Source of the DNA: Podarcis melisellensis
Taxonomy: Eukaryota
DNA: 64,000 nucleotides
Assembly (NCBI GenBank): GCA_964234715.1
Contig: OZ174276.1
Direction: 5' to 3' (one strand)
In this document: one piece after another, positions 12,955 to 22,178 of the stretch
Numbering within the stretch: the stretch's first letter is position 1
Layout of the letters: each line of letters starts with the position of its first letter
Notes under the pieces: model-generated
The model's database searches: none
Told to the model about the DNA's origin: nothing
Seen by the model: only the letters and a program-made list of their open reading frames with translations
Program-made: the position numbers and the translations under genes

Positions 12955-12968
12955 CGCCCTCTAGTGGC
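12955..12968 (-). promoter_or_regulatory. CTCF-type motif upstream of ADAM19
   Basis: The reverse complement GCCACTAGAGGGCG matches the CTCF core CCACYAGRKGGC. A CRE-like TGACGTC lies at 12480-12486 in the same CpG-containing upstream region. Confidence 0.55.
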
Positions 12969-13354
12969 AAAATCAAGAGCTGGAGCAGCCCAAACGGACG
13001 CGGTTGTGTGGCTTCAGAGTCCAGGCAGATTCAAATCTTACACTCTCCATTCCTTGTGCCAGCTATTTTTAAGCCAAATGCATTTAAGCAATCAAATACA
13101 TTTAAAATGGTTTCTCCAGTAAATCACTGGACTAGTATGCGGTGAAGACGAAGGGGATATAGTCTGCCTTCTTCGCTTGTTTGCAAGGGGGTGGAGGTTG
13201 CTCTCCTTTCCACTCTCAAGGCAGCTTAAGTTATGCATAAAGCAACACAGAAAAGTTATTTTTAAAAGGTAACAATGCATTCAGACTGCAGTCCTATGTG
13301 CTCTTACCTTGGAGTACCTCTAATTGAACTCAGTAGGACTTACTTGTTAGGGAA

Positions 13355-13478
13355 AGTTTTTAATGACTGATGTTTTAATGTATTTTTAATCTTTTGTTGG
13401 AAGCCGCCCAGAGTGGCTGGGGAAACCCAGTCAAAAGGTTGGGGAATAAATAAATAAATAAATTATTATTATTATTAT

Positions 13479-13505
<27 letters not shown>
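13355..13505 (+). mobile_element. L2-type LINE 3' end with (TAAA)/(TTA)/(CTA) microsatellite tail
   Basis: ttttgttggaagccgcccagagtggctggggaaacccag followed by simple repeats. Confidence 0.6.
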
Positions 13506-13509
<4 letters not shown>

Positions 13510-13772
13510 GAGTAAGTAGACCCTGAAAACCCTCACCCACAGAAAGAGAGTAAAACAAGGGGGACGGCTGTACTGATTTATCCCAGCAACACCATTCTGT
13601 GATATTATAAGGGATGGAAAGTGCCCATACAAGCCTATACAGTTTACAGAGAAGTAAGTCCCCCTATGTTCATGGAGCCCCAAGTAAGCGTACCTCCTCT
13701 GAACATCAGTAACCACGGACAAAGTGACAGTAATCCAAACAGCAGAAAGAGGAAGGATAGGCAAGAGCTACT

Positions 13773-14333
13773 ACGAAATTAAAAGATGCCTGCTTCTTGG
13801 GAGAAAAGCAATGACAAACCTAGACAGCATCTTAAAAAGCAGAGACATCACCTTGCCAACAAAGGTCCGTATAGTTAAAGTCATGGTTTTCCCAGTAGTG
13901 ATGTATGGAAGTGAGAGCTGGACCATAAAGAAGGCTGATCGCCGAAGAATTGATGCTTTTGAATTATGGTGCTAGAGGAGACTCTTGAGAGTCCCATGGA
14001 CTGTAAGAAGATCAAACCTATCCATTCTTAAGGAAATCAACCCTGAGTGCTCACTGGAAGGACAGATTGTGAAGCCGAGGCTCCAATACTTTGGCCACCT
14101 CATGAGAAGAGAAGACTCCCTGGGAAAGAACCTGATGTTGGGAAAGATGGAGGGCACAAGGAGAAGGGGATGACAAAGGACGAGATGGTTGGATAGTGTT
14201 CTCGAAGCTACCAACATGAGCCTGACCAAACTGCGGGAGGCAGTGGAAGACAGGAGTGCCTGGTGTGCTCTGGTCCATGGGGTCATGAAGAGTCGGACAC
14301 GACTAAACGACTAAACAGCAACAACAACAACAA
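13773..14333 (+). mobile_element. 5'-truncated BovB (RTE) LINE, last ~560 bp with (CAA)n tail
   Basis: EIKRCLLLGRKAMTNLDSILKSRDITLPTKVRIVK...; internal stops; tail acaacaacaacaa. Confidence 0.95.
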
Positions 14334-14423
14334 GTCACTCTCCATAGTGACCAGTAAGGAAAAAGGGAAACGGCATGAGGCCACCCATCTTGCTGAACCT
14401 AAGCAACTCTGGGTCTGGTCAGT

Positions 14424-14552
14424 GCCTTCCTTGGAGGTTTTTAAGCAGAGGTTGGATGGCCGTCTGTCTTGGATGCTTTAGTTGAGATTCCTGCATTGCA
14501 GGGGGTTGGACTAGATGACCCTTGGGGTCCCTTCCAACTCTATGATTCTGTG
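14424..14552 (+). mobile_element. CR1 LINE 3' end
   Basis: ccttggaggtttttaagcagaggttggatggcc...gggttggactagatgacc...cccttccaactctatgattct, the canonical CR1 terminus. Confidence 0.85.
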
Positions 14553-15288
14553 TACAGTTGCTCCATGATGGAAGGAAGGTGAGATATAAATACTGTATAA
14601 GGAAATAAATACATCCCAGTCCATTTGGGACTCAAAACCATTAATTGAAAAGGGACAAAATGAAAGGAAGAAGACCACAGTCCTAAGCATGGAATGAAGC
14701 TCCACTGAAATAAATGGGGTTTACTTTCATGTATTTTTTTTTAAAAAAAAAAAAAGATCAGAGGAGGGAGGATCAATTTAGCTGTTTGCTTTATCAATGC
14801 TTTTATAGAAATCTCAAGAGACGGGTGAGGGAGGAACCCTCCTAATTTGCTGCTCAGCCTCTTAAGAATAGTATTGATCTTTCCTTCTATAAAGACTTCT
14901 GCATTTGTACATGTGTAGTTAAAGTGGCACTGTATATATATGAAAGCAATGAGGTGCAAGATTCAAAGAGCAGCAGTTTGCAGGTGGTATCTATTGATCT
15001 TTTGACCATATACCAATAAATCAGCCAGGTGGGAAAATAAGGAATTTATTTAAAGGAAAAATACACTGTCTGGAAATAATGATTTTTCTGCTTTGTTCTA
15101 AGCTTCAGCTTCTCTCAGTGTTTTGAGGTTGTTATTCAGGGATGGCATCATGGCCCTGCCACTAGTAGGATGGTCTCCTTTTAAGGCAGATGGATGCTGA
15201 GGGGGCAGGAAGAAGTAGCAAAGCCCTGGGGGGGGCAGAGCTTAGTATATGCTATGTGGTCTGTTCAACACCCCTAAGCTAGCCAGTA

Positions 15289-15529
15289 CAGTGGTACCTC
15301 AGGTTAAGTACTTAATTCGTTCCAGAGGTCCATACTTAACCTGAAACTGTTCTTAACCTGAAGACCACTTTAGCTAATGGGGCCTCCTGCTGCTGCCACG
15401 CCGCCGGAGCACGATTTTTGTTCTCATCCTGAAGCAAAGTTCTTAATCTGAAGCACTGTTTCTGGTTTAGCGGAGTCTGTAACCTGAAGAGTATGTAACC
15501 TGAAGTGTATGTAACCTGAGGTATTACTG
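15289..15529. mobile_element. Tc1/mariner-type MITE (family A)
   Basis: TIR cagtggtacctcaggtta / taacctgaggtattactg, TA flanks, internal taacctgaag repeats. Confidence 0.88.
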
Positions 15530-15876
15530 TACTCTTAGGTATGGTAGAGGATGCTGCTTGGCTGCTAGTGTTGAAGTAAGATTCAACTGCAAGTCCATTA
15601 GATTTTTCTACATGGAGTAGGGGGTGGAGGTAGGAACGAGTTTGTCTTTCATCTCAGGCAGCAAATTTAAGGAAGTTATTTTATTAACTTTTACTTTTGT
15701 TTCAAACGAACACTGTGTTTATCTTGTACACATGTATGCTTTTCAGGGATCACCTACCTTTTGGGGTCTGTCAGCACATTTCCAAATGTGTAGCATGAGC
15801 ATACACATGCACGCACACTGCAGCCTATTCCACTGGCTGCAATAGAAAGTGTCTTTCAGTAGGGGAAAGAAACCCT

Positions 15877-16266
15877 NNNNNNNNNNNNNNNNNNNNNNNN
15901 NNNNNNNNNNNNNNNNNNNNNNNNNNNNNNNNNNNNNNNNNNNNNNNNNNNNNNNNNNNNNNNNNNNNNNNNNNNNNNNNNNNNNNNNNNNNNNNNNNNN
16001 NNNNNNNNNNNNNNNNNNNNNNNNNNNNNNNNNNNNNNNNNNNNNNNNNNNNNNNNNNNNNNNNNNNNNNNNNNNNNNNNNNNNNNNNNNNNNNNNNNNN
16101 NNNNNNNNNNNNNNNNNNNNNNNNNNNNNNNNNNNNNNNNNNNNNNNNNNNNNNNNNNNNNNNNNNNNNNNNNNNNNNNNNNNNNNNNNNNNNNNNNNNN
16201 NNNNNNNNNNNNNNNNNNNNNNNNNNNNNNNNNNNNNNNNNNNNNNNNNNNNNNNNNNNNNNNNNN
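15877..16266. other. Assembly gap (390 N)
   Basis: Run of n characters. Confidence 1.
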
Positions 16267-17324
16267 AAAGTGGGTTCTCCCTCAGTAACTTTTGCCATAA
16301 GAAATGTGTTAGTTTTTCGGGACTTCCGGAGGCGGCGCGAAATGGCAATGGCGGTCCTCTTTAGTCTCTAAAGAGGGGCTCCGCAGAAAAGGATCGTCCG
16401 CTACGGCTCAGCGACGATCCATCGAGAAAAACCACGAGCAGAGTGAGCTCGTGGCCGTGGGACTCAGCGGGCACCTGGAGCGACCCCCGAAACGAAGAAG
16501 GGACCCCGTAAGGGGTTCCGGAAGCGCAGAGGGGAAGCGGTGCTGAGAGTTCATCGCTCTTTCTGCGGGAGCGAAGCCGCGCGGCTGCTGCCGATGAGCG
16601 CCGACCTTTCTTCCTCAACCATTGGATTCTAAATCATCTACTCGTGAGTAAGTGTTACTCTATTTTGGATTTACAAACTTAGAAATTCGGCTGAAAGCGG
16701 GAGACGAAAAAGAGGAAGTCCGTCTCCCGGCAAAGCTTACAGATCAAAGGCAAAGGAACTGACAGGCTGGAAGCAGTAGAAAAGGATTTTAAAAGTGGAA
16801 GTATTATGCGTCTGACAGAACTGAGGATTGAAATGAAAGGCAAGGTTTTTTTTTTAAATTAATTTACTCTACAGTGTGGAACCTTCTCCTTTGGTGGACT
16901 TTAAAGTTTAAAACCCAGCCTCGGGATGGCAGGGGAAAAGAATGTCTTTTGCGGATACAATTTATAAAATTGAAATAGATACATAGAGGCAACTCTGGAT
17001 TACATAACTAAGTAACTGTATCCTGCGCCTAGGGAGGTGACATTTGTGGCAATTTTGGAAGGGCTCTGCTTGTGGAAAAAATGTTTTAAGGACTATTGGT
17101 AAACTATTTAGCCGCAGGAACTTTAATGGCGACCAAACTTTTTTCCTTCTCTCCTGAACTCCAATTGTACTCCCTCTAACTGAACTCCCTCTAGTGGAGA
17201 CTGGGATTTACAACTTCTTGGGAACTAACTTTGTTTTGTCTCTCCGCTGTGGTTATCTACACTGAGGTCTGTCCTTCCCATGGAACATTGGACAGCTTGA
17301 CCTTGACTCATAGACAGGTGGGGA

Positions 17325-18413
17325 ATGAGTGGCCAACCGAAAACAAGATCTGCAAAAGCGAAAGCAGCAAAAGGCCAGCTTGTGCAAACAACTTTGACTT
17401 CCCAGTCACGTAGATCATCAGTTCCTGCTGTACTGAAGGGAACTGAACTTCCAACAGTAGCTGAATTGAAGGGAACTGAACCTTCAACAACAGCTGAACT
17501 AAAGGAAGCTGAACAACCAGCAATAGAGGATATGGCTGCAGGTGGATCTGATGTACTTTTGAAGGAAATGCTACAACAATTTGCAATTTTAAATAAGAAG
17601 GTTGATGACCAAACAGCAAAAATTGATTTAGCCACATCCTCCATTACAAAGCTATCTGAACAAGTGGCACAGCACTCACAAGCAATTGGGAATCTAAAAG
17701 ACGCTACTTCTGAGAATCGGAAATTGGCCGAAGCTGCGAACGAAAAAGCCGACCAAGCAATTCAAAAAGTGGATGAATTGAAAGGAGAGGTAAGGCCACT
17801 ACATAAGCACATCAGTGACCAGCAGGCCTACCTGTCTATGGTGGAATTGAGAAACCGGGAAAATAATTTAAGATTACGTTCTATCCCAGAGCTTGAAAAG
17901 GAAGATTTGACTGGTTTTTTGACAGTAGAATTTTCCAAATTCTGGGGAATAAAGGAGGACGAAGACTTTAAAATAACAACGGCATTTAGATTGGGAAGTG
18001 TCACCAGGAAGGACAGACCAAGAGACTGCCTGATTATCCTAAGGACCAAACAGGAGAGAGACAAAATACTTGACCTTCACTTTAATAAATTACTTGAGAT
18101 CCAGGATAGAAGAGCGGAAATTTACAAGGATATACCAAAACAATTACTGGATCTCAGGGCCATCTATACTGACCTAGCAAGACTTTTGAGAGGCAACGGA
18201 ATACCTTATAGGTGGGAGTTCCCACAAGGCCTATCTTTTAAATACAAAGGAAAGAAGGTTAGAATCAAGACAAAAGAGGACAACCAGAAGTTCCTGCACG
18301 ACCACGGAGAGGATCTTCAGAAGGGAACAGCAGTTCCTTGGCCTCCGCCACAGCCTGGATTGGAACCAATACCATCTCCCTCGGACCCGGACAAAAAGGA
18401 GGACACCCCATAG
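17325..18413 (+). CDS. L1 ORF1p (coiled-coil + RRM + CTD nucleic-acid chaperone), 362 aa
   Basis: Heptad-rich middle region, RNRENNLRLRSIPE motif at the RRM start, IYKDIP...RWEFP C-terminal domain. Ends 24 bp upstream of ORF2. Confidence 0.93.
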   Translation: MSGQPKTRSAKAKAAKGQLVQTTLTSQSRRSSVPAVLKGTELPTVAELKGTEPSTTAELKEAEQPAIEDMAAGGSDVLLKEMLQQFAILNKKVDDQTAKIDLATSSITKLSEQVAQHSQAIGNLKDATSENRKLAEAANEKADQAIQKVDELKGEVRPLHKHISDQQAYLSMVELRNRENNLRLRSIPELEKEDLTGFLTVEFSKFWGIKEDEDFKITTAFRLGSVTRKDRPRDCLIILRTKQERDKILDLHFNKLLEIQDRRAEIYKDIPKQLLDLRAIYTDLARLLRGNGIPYRWEFPQGLSFKYKGKKVRIKTKEDNQKFLHDHGEDLQKGTAVPWPPPQPGLEPIPSPSDPDKKEDTP

Positions 18414-18437
18414 AGAGCAACAACAGATTGATACAGG

Positions 18438-21400
18438 ATGTCTCTGCAGCTGTACAGTTGGAATATTAATGGCGCAAATTCCCCGGAAAAACGAAAAAGG
18501 ATTTTTCATATTTTGAAAAAGGAAAATTTGGATGTAATTTGCTTGCAAGAAACGCACGTGACTAGGCTCCACAGGAAAGTACTAATTAACAAAAGACTAG
18601 GCCAAGAATTTGTTTCATCAGACAAAGTAAAAAAGAGAGGCCTGGTGATCTACGTAAAGGAGAACCTAGCACCGAAATTTTTGTTTAAAGATGAGCAAGG
18701 GAGAATCTTGGCAATTGAAATACAATCTCAAGGAGAAAAAGTTTTGATATTAGGAATTTATGCACCAAATGAGGGGAAAGCAGAATTTTATAAGAAGCTA
18801 CACGAGACATTACTGGACTATCTGGACTATTCGAACATCATTATGATGGGAGACATGAATGGGGTAGTCTCCACTTTGATGGATAAGTCACAGAGCCAAA
18901 ATTTAACTAAGGATGGCAGACTACCGAAAACTTTTTTTGAACTGACAGACAATATGGATTTGATCGACATTTGGCGGACAAGGAACCCCCTAGGTAGAGA
19001 GGGAACTTTCTTTTCTGAGGCCCACTTATCATGGACGAGAATTGACCAAATCTGGACAACTAGAGGGCTGGCACCGAAGACTATAAGAGTGGAAATCTGC
19101 CCAAAGACTTGCTCCGACCATAACGCCCTGAAAATGGAATTGAGACTTACTCCAGCCGGATCCTTCAGATGGAAAATGAATGACACCCTCTTTAGAGATC
19201 AAGAGATTGTAAAGAAGGCCCAAAAAACATTAAAGGACTATTTTGAAATCAACTTGAACACTTCAGTGGAAAAAAGAACAATCTGGGACGCTAGTAAAGC
19301 TGTAATGAGGGGGTTTCTGATACAACAAAACACAATTAAGAAAAAACTCTGGAATGGGAAAAAGGACAAAATATTAGAGAAGATAAGAAATGGAGAGAAA
19401 AGATTGAGATCTAAACCAAAATCCAAAGAGATCTTGCGAGAAATCAAATTCTACCAGGCACAATATTTGAAATTGATAAACCAAGAAGTGGAATGGAAAA
19501 TTAAACAAATGAGACAAAGATCCTTTGAGTCAGCAAACAAATGTGGGAAACTGCTGGCATGGCAGTTGAAAAAAAGACAGAAATTTAATTACGTTACCAA
19601 TTTAGAGGTGGAAGGGAAAAATATCCAGAAACCAGGTGAAATTAGAAAGTGTTTCCAGAAATACTTCAAAAAGTTGTATACACAAGGGCCTGAGGAAGTG
19701 TCTGAGATGGAACGATTTTTGAAACTCAATGGTTTACCAGAACTATCCCAGGAGAAGAGATCAATCTTGAACTGTAAAATAACACAACAGGAAATTGAGG
19801 ATGCCATTCAGAATATGCAGTTGGGCAAATCTCCAGGCCCAGATGGGCTCACCTCCAAGTATTATAAGATATTAAAAGACTACTTGACTCTTCCATTAAT
19901 GGAGGTTTGCAATCAGATTATGGGGGGAGGAAGGGCACCGGAAACGTGGAAAGAAGCTTTCATCACATTGATACCCAAAGTGGAAACTGAAAAGAATCAA
20001 CTTAGGAACTACCGTCCCATCTCACTCCTAAATGTGGATTACAAAATATTTGCAGACATTTTGGCAAGTAGATTGAAAAAGGTTTTAAATGAAGTAATTC
20101 ATAAGGACCAAGCAGGCTTTCTTCCTGGTAGGCATTTGTTTGACAATACTAGGAATATTATTGATATCCTGGAACTTTTACAAACAAATATTAACACTAA
20201 AGCAGCGTTAATTTTTATTGATGCTGAGAAGGCCTTTGACAATATTTCTTGGAAATTTATGAAGAAAAACTTGGAAGGGATGGGAGTGGGACGGGGGTTT
20301 GAAAATGGCTTAGAAGCAATTTATTCAGAACAAAAAGCTAAGTTGATAGTGAACAATGTGGTGACAGAGGAGTTCCATATTGAAAAAGGAACACGCCAGG
20401 GGTGCCCCCTATCCCCACTATTATTTATATCAGTCCTGGAGGTTTTGCTGAACATGATTAGGAGGGACCGGCAAATACAGGGGATTACGGTCGGAGTGAA
20501 ACAATATAAATTGAAAGCATTTGCAGACGACTTAGTAATAACACTACAGGAGCCAGAATCTAGTACAAAAAGAGTTCTGGAATTGATACAAGAATTTGGT
20601 CGGGTGGCAGGATTTAAGTTGAACAAACAAAAAACTAAAGTTTTGGGGAAAAACTTGACGCCTTTAGAAATAGAGGGGTTTCAGAAGGAAACAGAGTTAA
20701 CTGTGGTCAAGAAAGTGAAATACCTGGGGGTAAACTTGACGCCTAAAAATCTGAATTTGTTTAAGGACAATTATGAGAAATGTTGGTCAGAAGTTAAGAA
20801 AGATTTGGAAACTTGGTCGAGACTGAAGCTTTCCTTGCTGGGCCGAATTGCTGCTGTTAAGATGAATGTTTTGCCAAAAATGTTGTTCTTATTTCAAACC
20901 TTGCAGGTCGTGGACAGAGTGGAATGTTTTGGAAAGTGGCAGAGGGATATATCAAAGTTTGTCTGGCAGGGCAAAAAGCCCCGAATAAAGTTTAAAATAC
21001 TAACTGATGCAAAAGAAAGAGGGGGGTTTGCCCTGCCGGACTTAAGGTTATACTATGAGGCGGCAGCCTTCTGCTGGTTGAAAGATTGGATCTTATTAGA
21101 GAATACAGATGTCCTAGACCTGGAAGGTTTTAACAATTCGTTAGGATGGCATGCGTATCTGTGGTACGGCAAGGTAAAAACACATGGAATGTTCAAAAAC
21201 CATATTGTCAGGAAAGCAATCTTTATGGTCTGGATGAAATATAAAGACTTACTGGAAAGTAAGACTCCGAGGTGGTTATCACCAGTGGAGGCCAAGGCGC
21301 GGAAAAAACCCAATATGGAGGCCGGTTGGCCGAAATATTGGGAACTAATAGAAAAAATTGGTGACAATTGGAGGTTGCGGGGCTTTGAAAACTTAAAAGA

Positions 21401-22178
21401 TAAGGTGCAAGACTGGTTTCATTATGCCCAAATTAACGAGGTTGTTAAGTTAGATAAAAAAACAGGATTCCAGGTGGAAAAATCGAAACTTGAGACAGAG
21501 CTGTTAGAACCAAAGACCAAGGTATTATCGAGAATGTATAACTTGCTGCTTAAATGGAATACACAGGATGAGACAGTTAAATCAGCCATGATAAAGTGGG
21601 CTCAAGACATTGGTTATAATATCATGTTTGAAGACTGGGAAAGGTTATGGACCACCGGTATGAAATTTACGGCATGTAATGCCTTGAAAGAAAACATCAT
21701 GAAAATGATATACAGGTGGTACATGACCCCAGTCAAGCTTGCTAAGATATACCATTTGTCTGATAACAAATGTTGGAAGTGTAAGGAAGCTGAAGGAACA
21801 TTTTTTCACCTTTGGTGGACTTGCCCAAGAGTGAAGGCCTTCTGGGAAATGATCTACAACGAGTTAAAAAAGGTGTTTAAGTACACCTTCCCTAAAAAAC
21901 CGGAGGCCTTCCTCTTGGGTATTGTCGGCCAAGGGGTGTTAAAGAAGGATAGAACGTTTTTTATGTATGCCACCACGGCAGCAAGAATTCTGATCGCCAA
22001 ATATTGGAAGACTCAAGATTTGCCCACACTGGAAGAGTGGCAAACGCAACTGATTGACTATATGGAGTTGGCCGAAATGACTGCCAGAATCCGAGACCTG
22101 GGAGAAGAAGCAATGGAGGAGGACTGGAAAAAATTTAAGAACTATCTGCAAAAATTTTATAAGCTATATGAACTTTAA
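18438..22178 (+). CDS. L1 ORF2p (APE endonuclease, reverse transcriptase, CCHC), 1246 aa
   Basis: EN motifs SWNING, LQETH, GDMN, SDHN. RT motifs GTRQGCPLSP, FADD, YLG. C-terminal CWKC-x8-H-x4-C. No stops or frameshifts. Confidence 0.97.
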   Translation: MSLQLYSWNINGANSPEKRKRIFHILKKENLDVICLQETHVTRLHRKVLINKRLGQEFVSSDKVKKRGLVIYVKENLAPKFLFKDEQGRILAIEIQSQGEKVLILGIYAPNEGKAEFYKKLHETLLDYLDYSNIIMMGDMNGVVSTLMDKSQSQNLTKDGRLPKTFFELTDNMDLIDIWRTRNPLGREGTFFSEAHLSWTRIDQIWTTRGLAPKTIRVEICPKTCSDHNALKMELRLTPAGSFRWKMNDTLFRDQEIVKKAQKTLKDYFEINLNTSVEKRTIWDASKAVMRGFLIQQNTIKKKLWNGKKDKILEKIRNGEKRLRSKPKSKEILREIKFYQAQYLKLINQEVEWKIKQMRQRSFESANKCGKLLAWQLKKRQKFNYVTNLEVEGKNIQKPGEIRKCFQKYFKKLYTQGPEEVSEMERFLKLNGLPELSQEKRSILNCKITQQEIEDAIQNMQLGKSPGPDGLTSKYYKILKDYLTLPLMEVCNQIMGGGRAPETWKEAFITLIPKVETEKNQLRNYRPISLLNVDYKIFADILASRLKKVLNEVIHKDQAGFLPGRHLFDNTRNIIDILELLQTNINTKAALIFIDAEKAFDNISWKFMKKNLEGMGVGRGFENGLEAIYSEQKAKLIVNNVVTEEFHIEKGTRQGCPLSPLLFISVLEVLLNMIRRDRQIQGITVGVKQYKLKAFADDLVITLQEPESSTKRVLELIQEFGRVAGFKLNKQKTKVLGKNLTPLEIEGFQKETELTVVKKVKYLGVNLTPKNLNLFKDNYEKCWSEVKKDLETWSRLKLSLLGRIAAVKMNVLPKMLFLFQTLQVVDRVECFGKWQRDISKFVWQGKKPRIKFKILTDAKERGGFALPDLRLYYEAAAFCWLKDWILLENTDVLDLEGFNNSLGWHAYLWYGKVKTHGMFKNHIVRKAIFMVWMKYKDLLESKTPRWLSPVEAKARKKPNMEAGWPKYWELIEKIGDNWRLRGFENLKDKVQDWFHYAQINEVVKLDKKTGFQVEKSKLETELLEPKTKVLSRMYNLLLKWNTQDETVKSAMIKWAQDIGYNIMFEDWERLWTTGMKFTACNALKENIMKMIYRWYMTPVKLAKIYHLSDNKCWKCKEAEGTFFHLWWTCPRVKAFWEMIYNELKKVFKYTFPKKPEAFLLGIVGQGVLKKDRTFFMYATTAARILIAKYWKTQDLPTLEEWQTQLIDYMELAEMTARIRDLGEEAMEEDWKKFKNYLQKFYKLYEL

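Noticed and set aside
15340-15520. Spaced taacctgaag repeats resembling an array
   Set aside because: Internal subterminal repeats of a mariner-type MITE; vertebrate DNA with no CRISPR organisation.
15743-16364. ORFs with long X runs
   Set aside because: Artefacts of reading through the N gap.
16361-16618. Possible ORF0-like antisense ORF in the L1 5'UTR
   Set aside because: TTG start. The nearby ATG (16622) is in another frame and closes after 23 codons. CpG-rich context explains the open frame.
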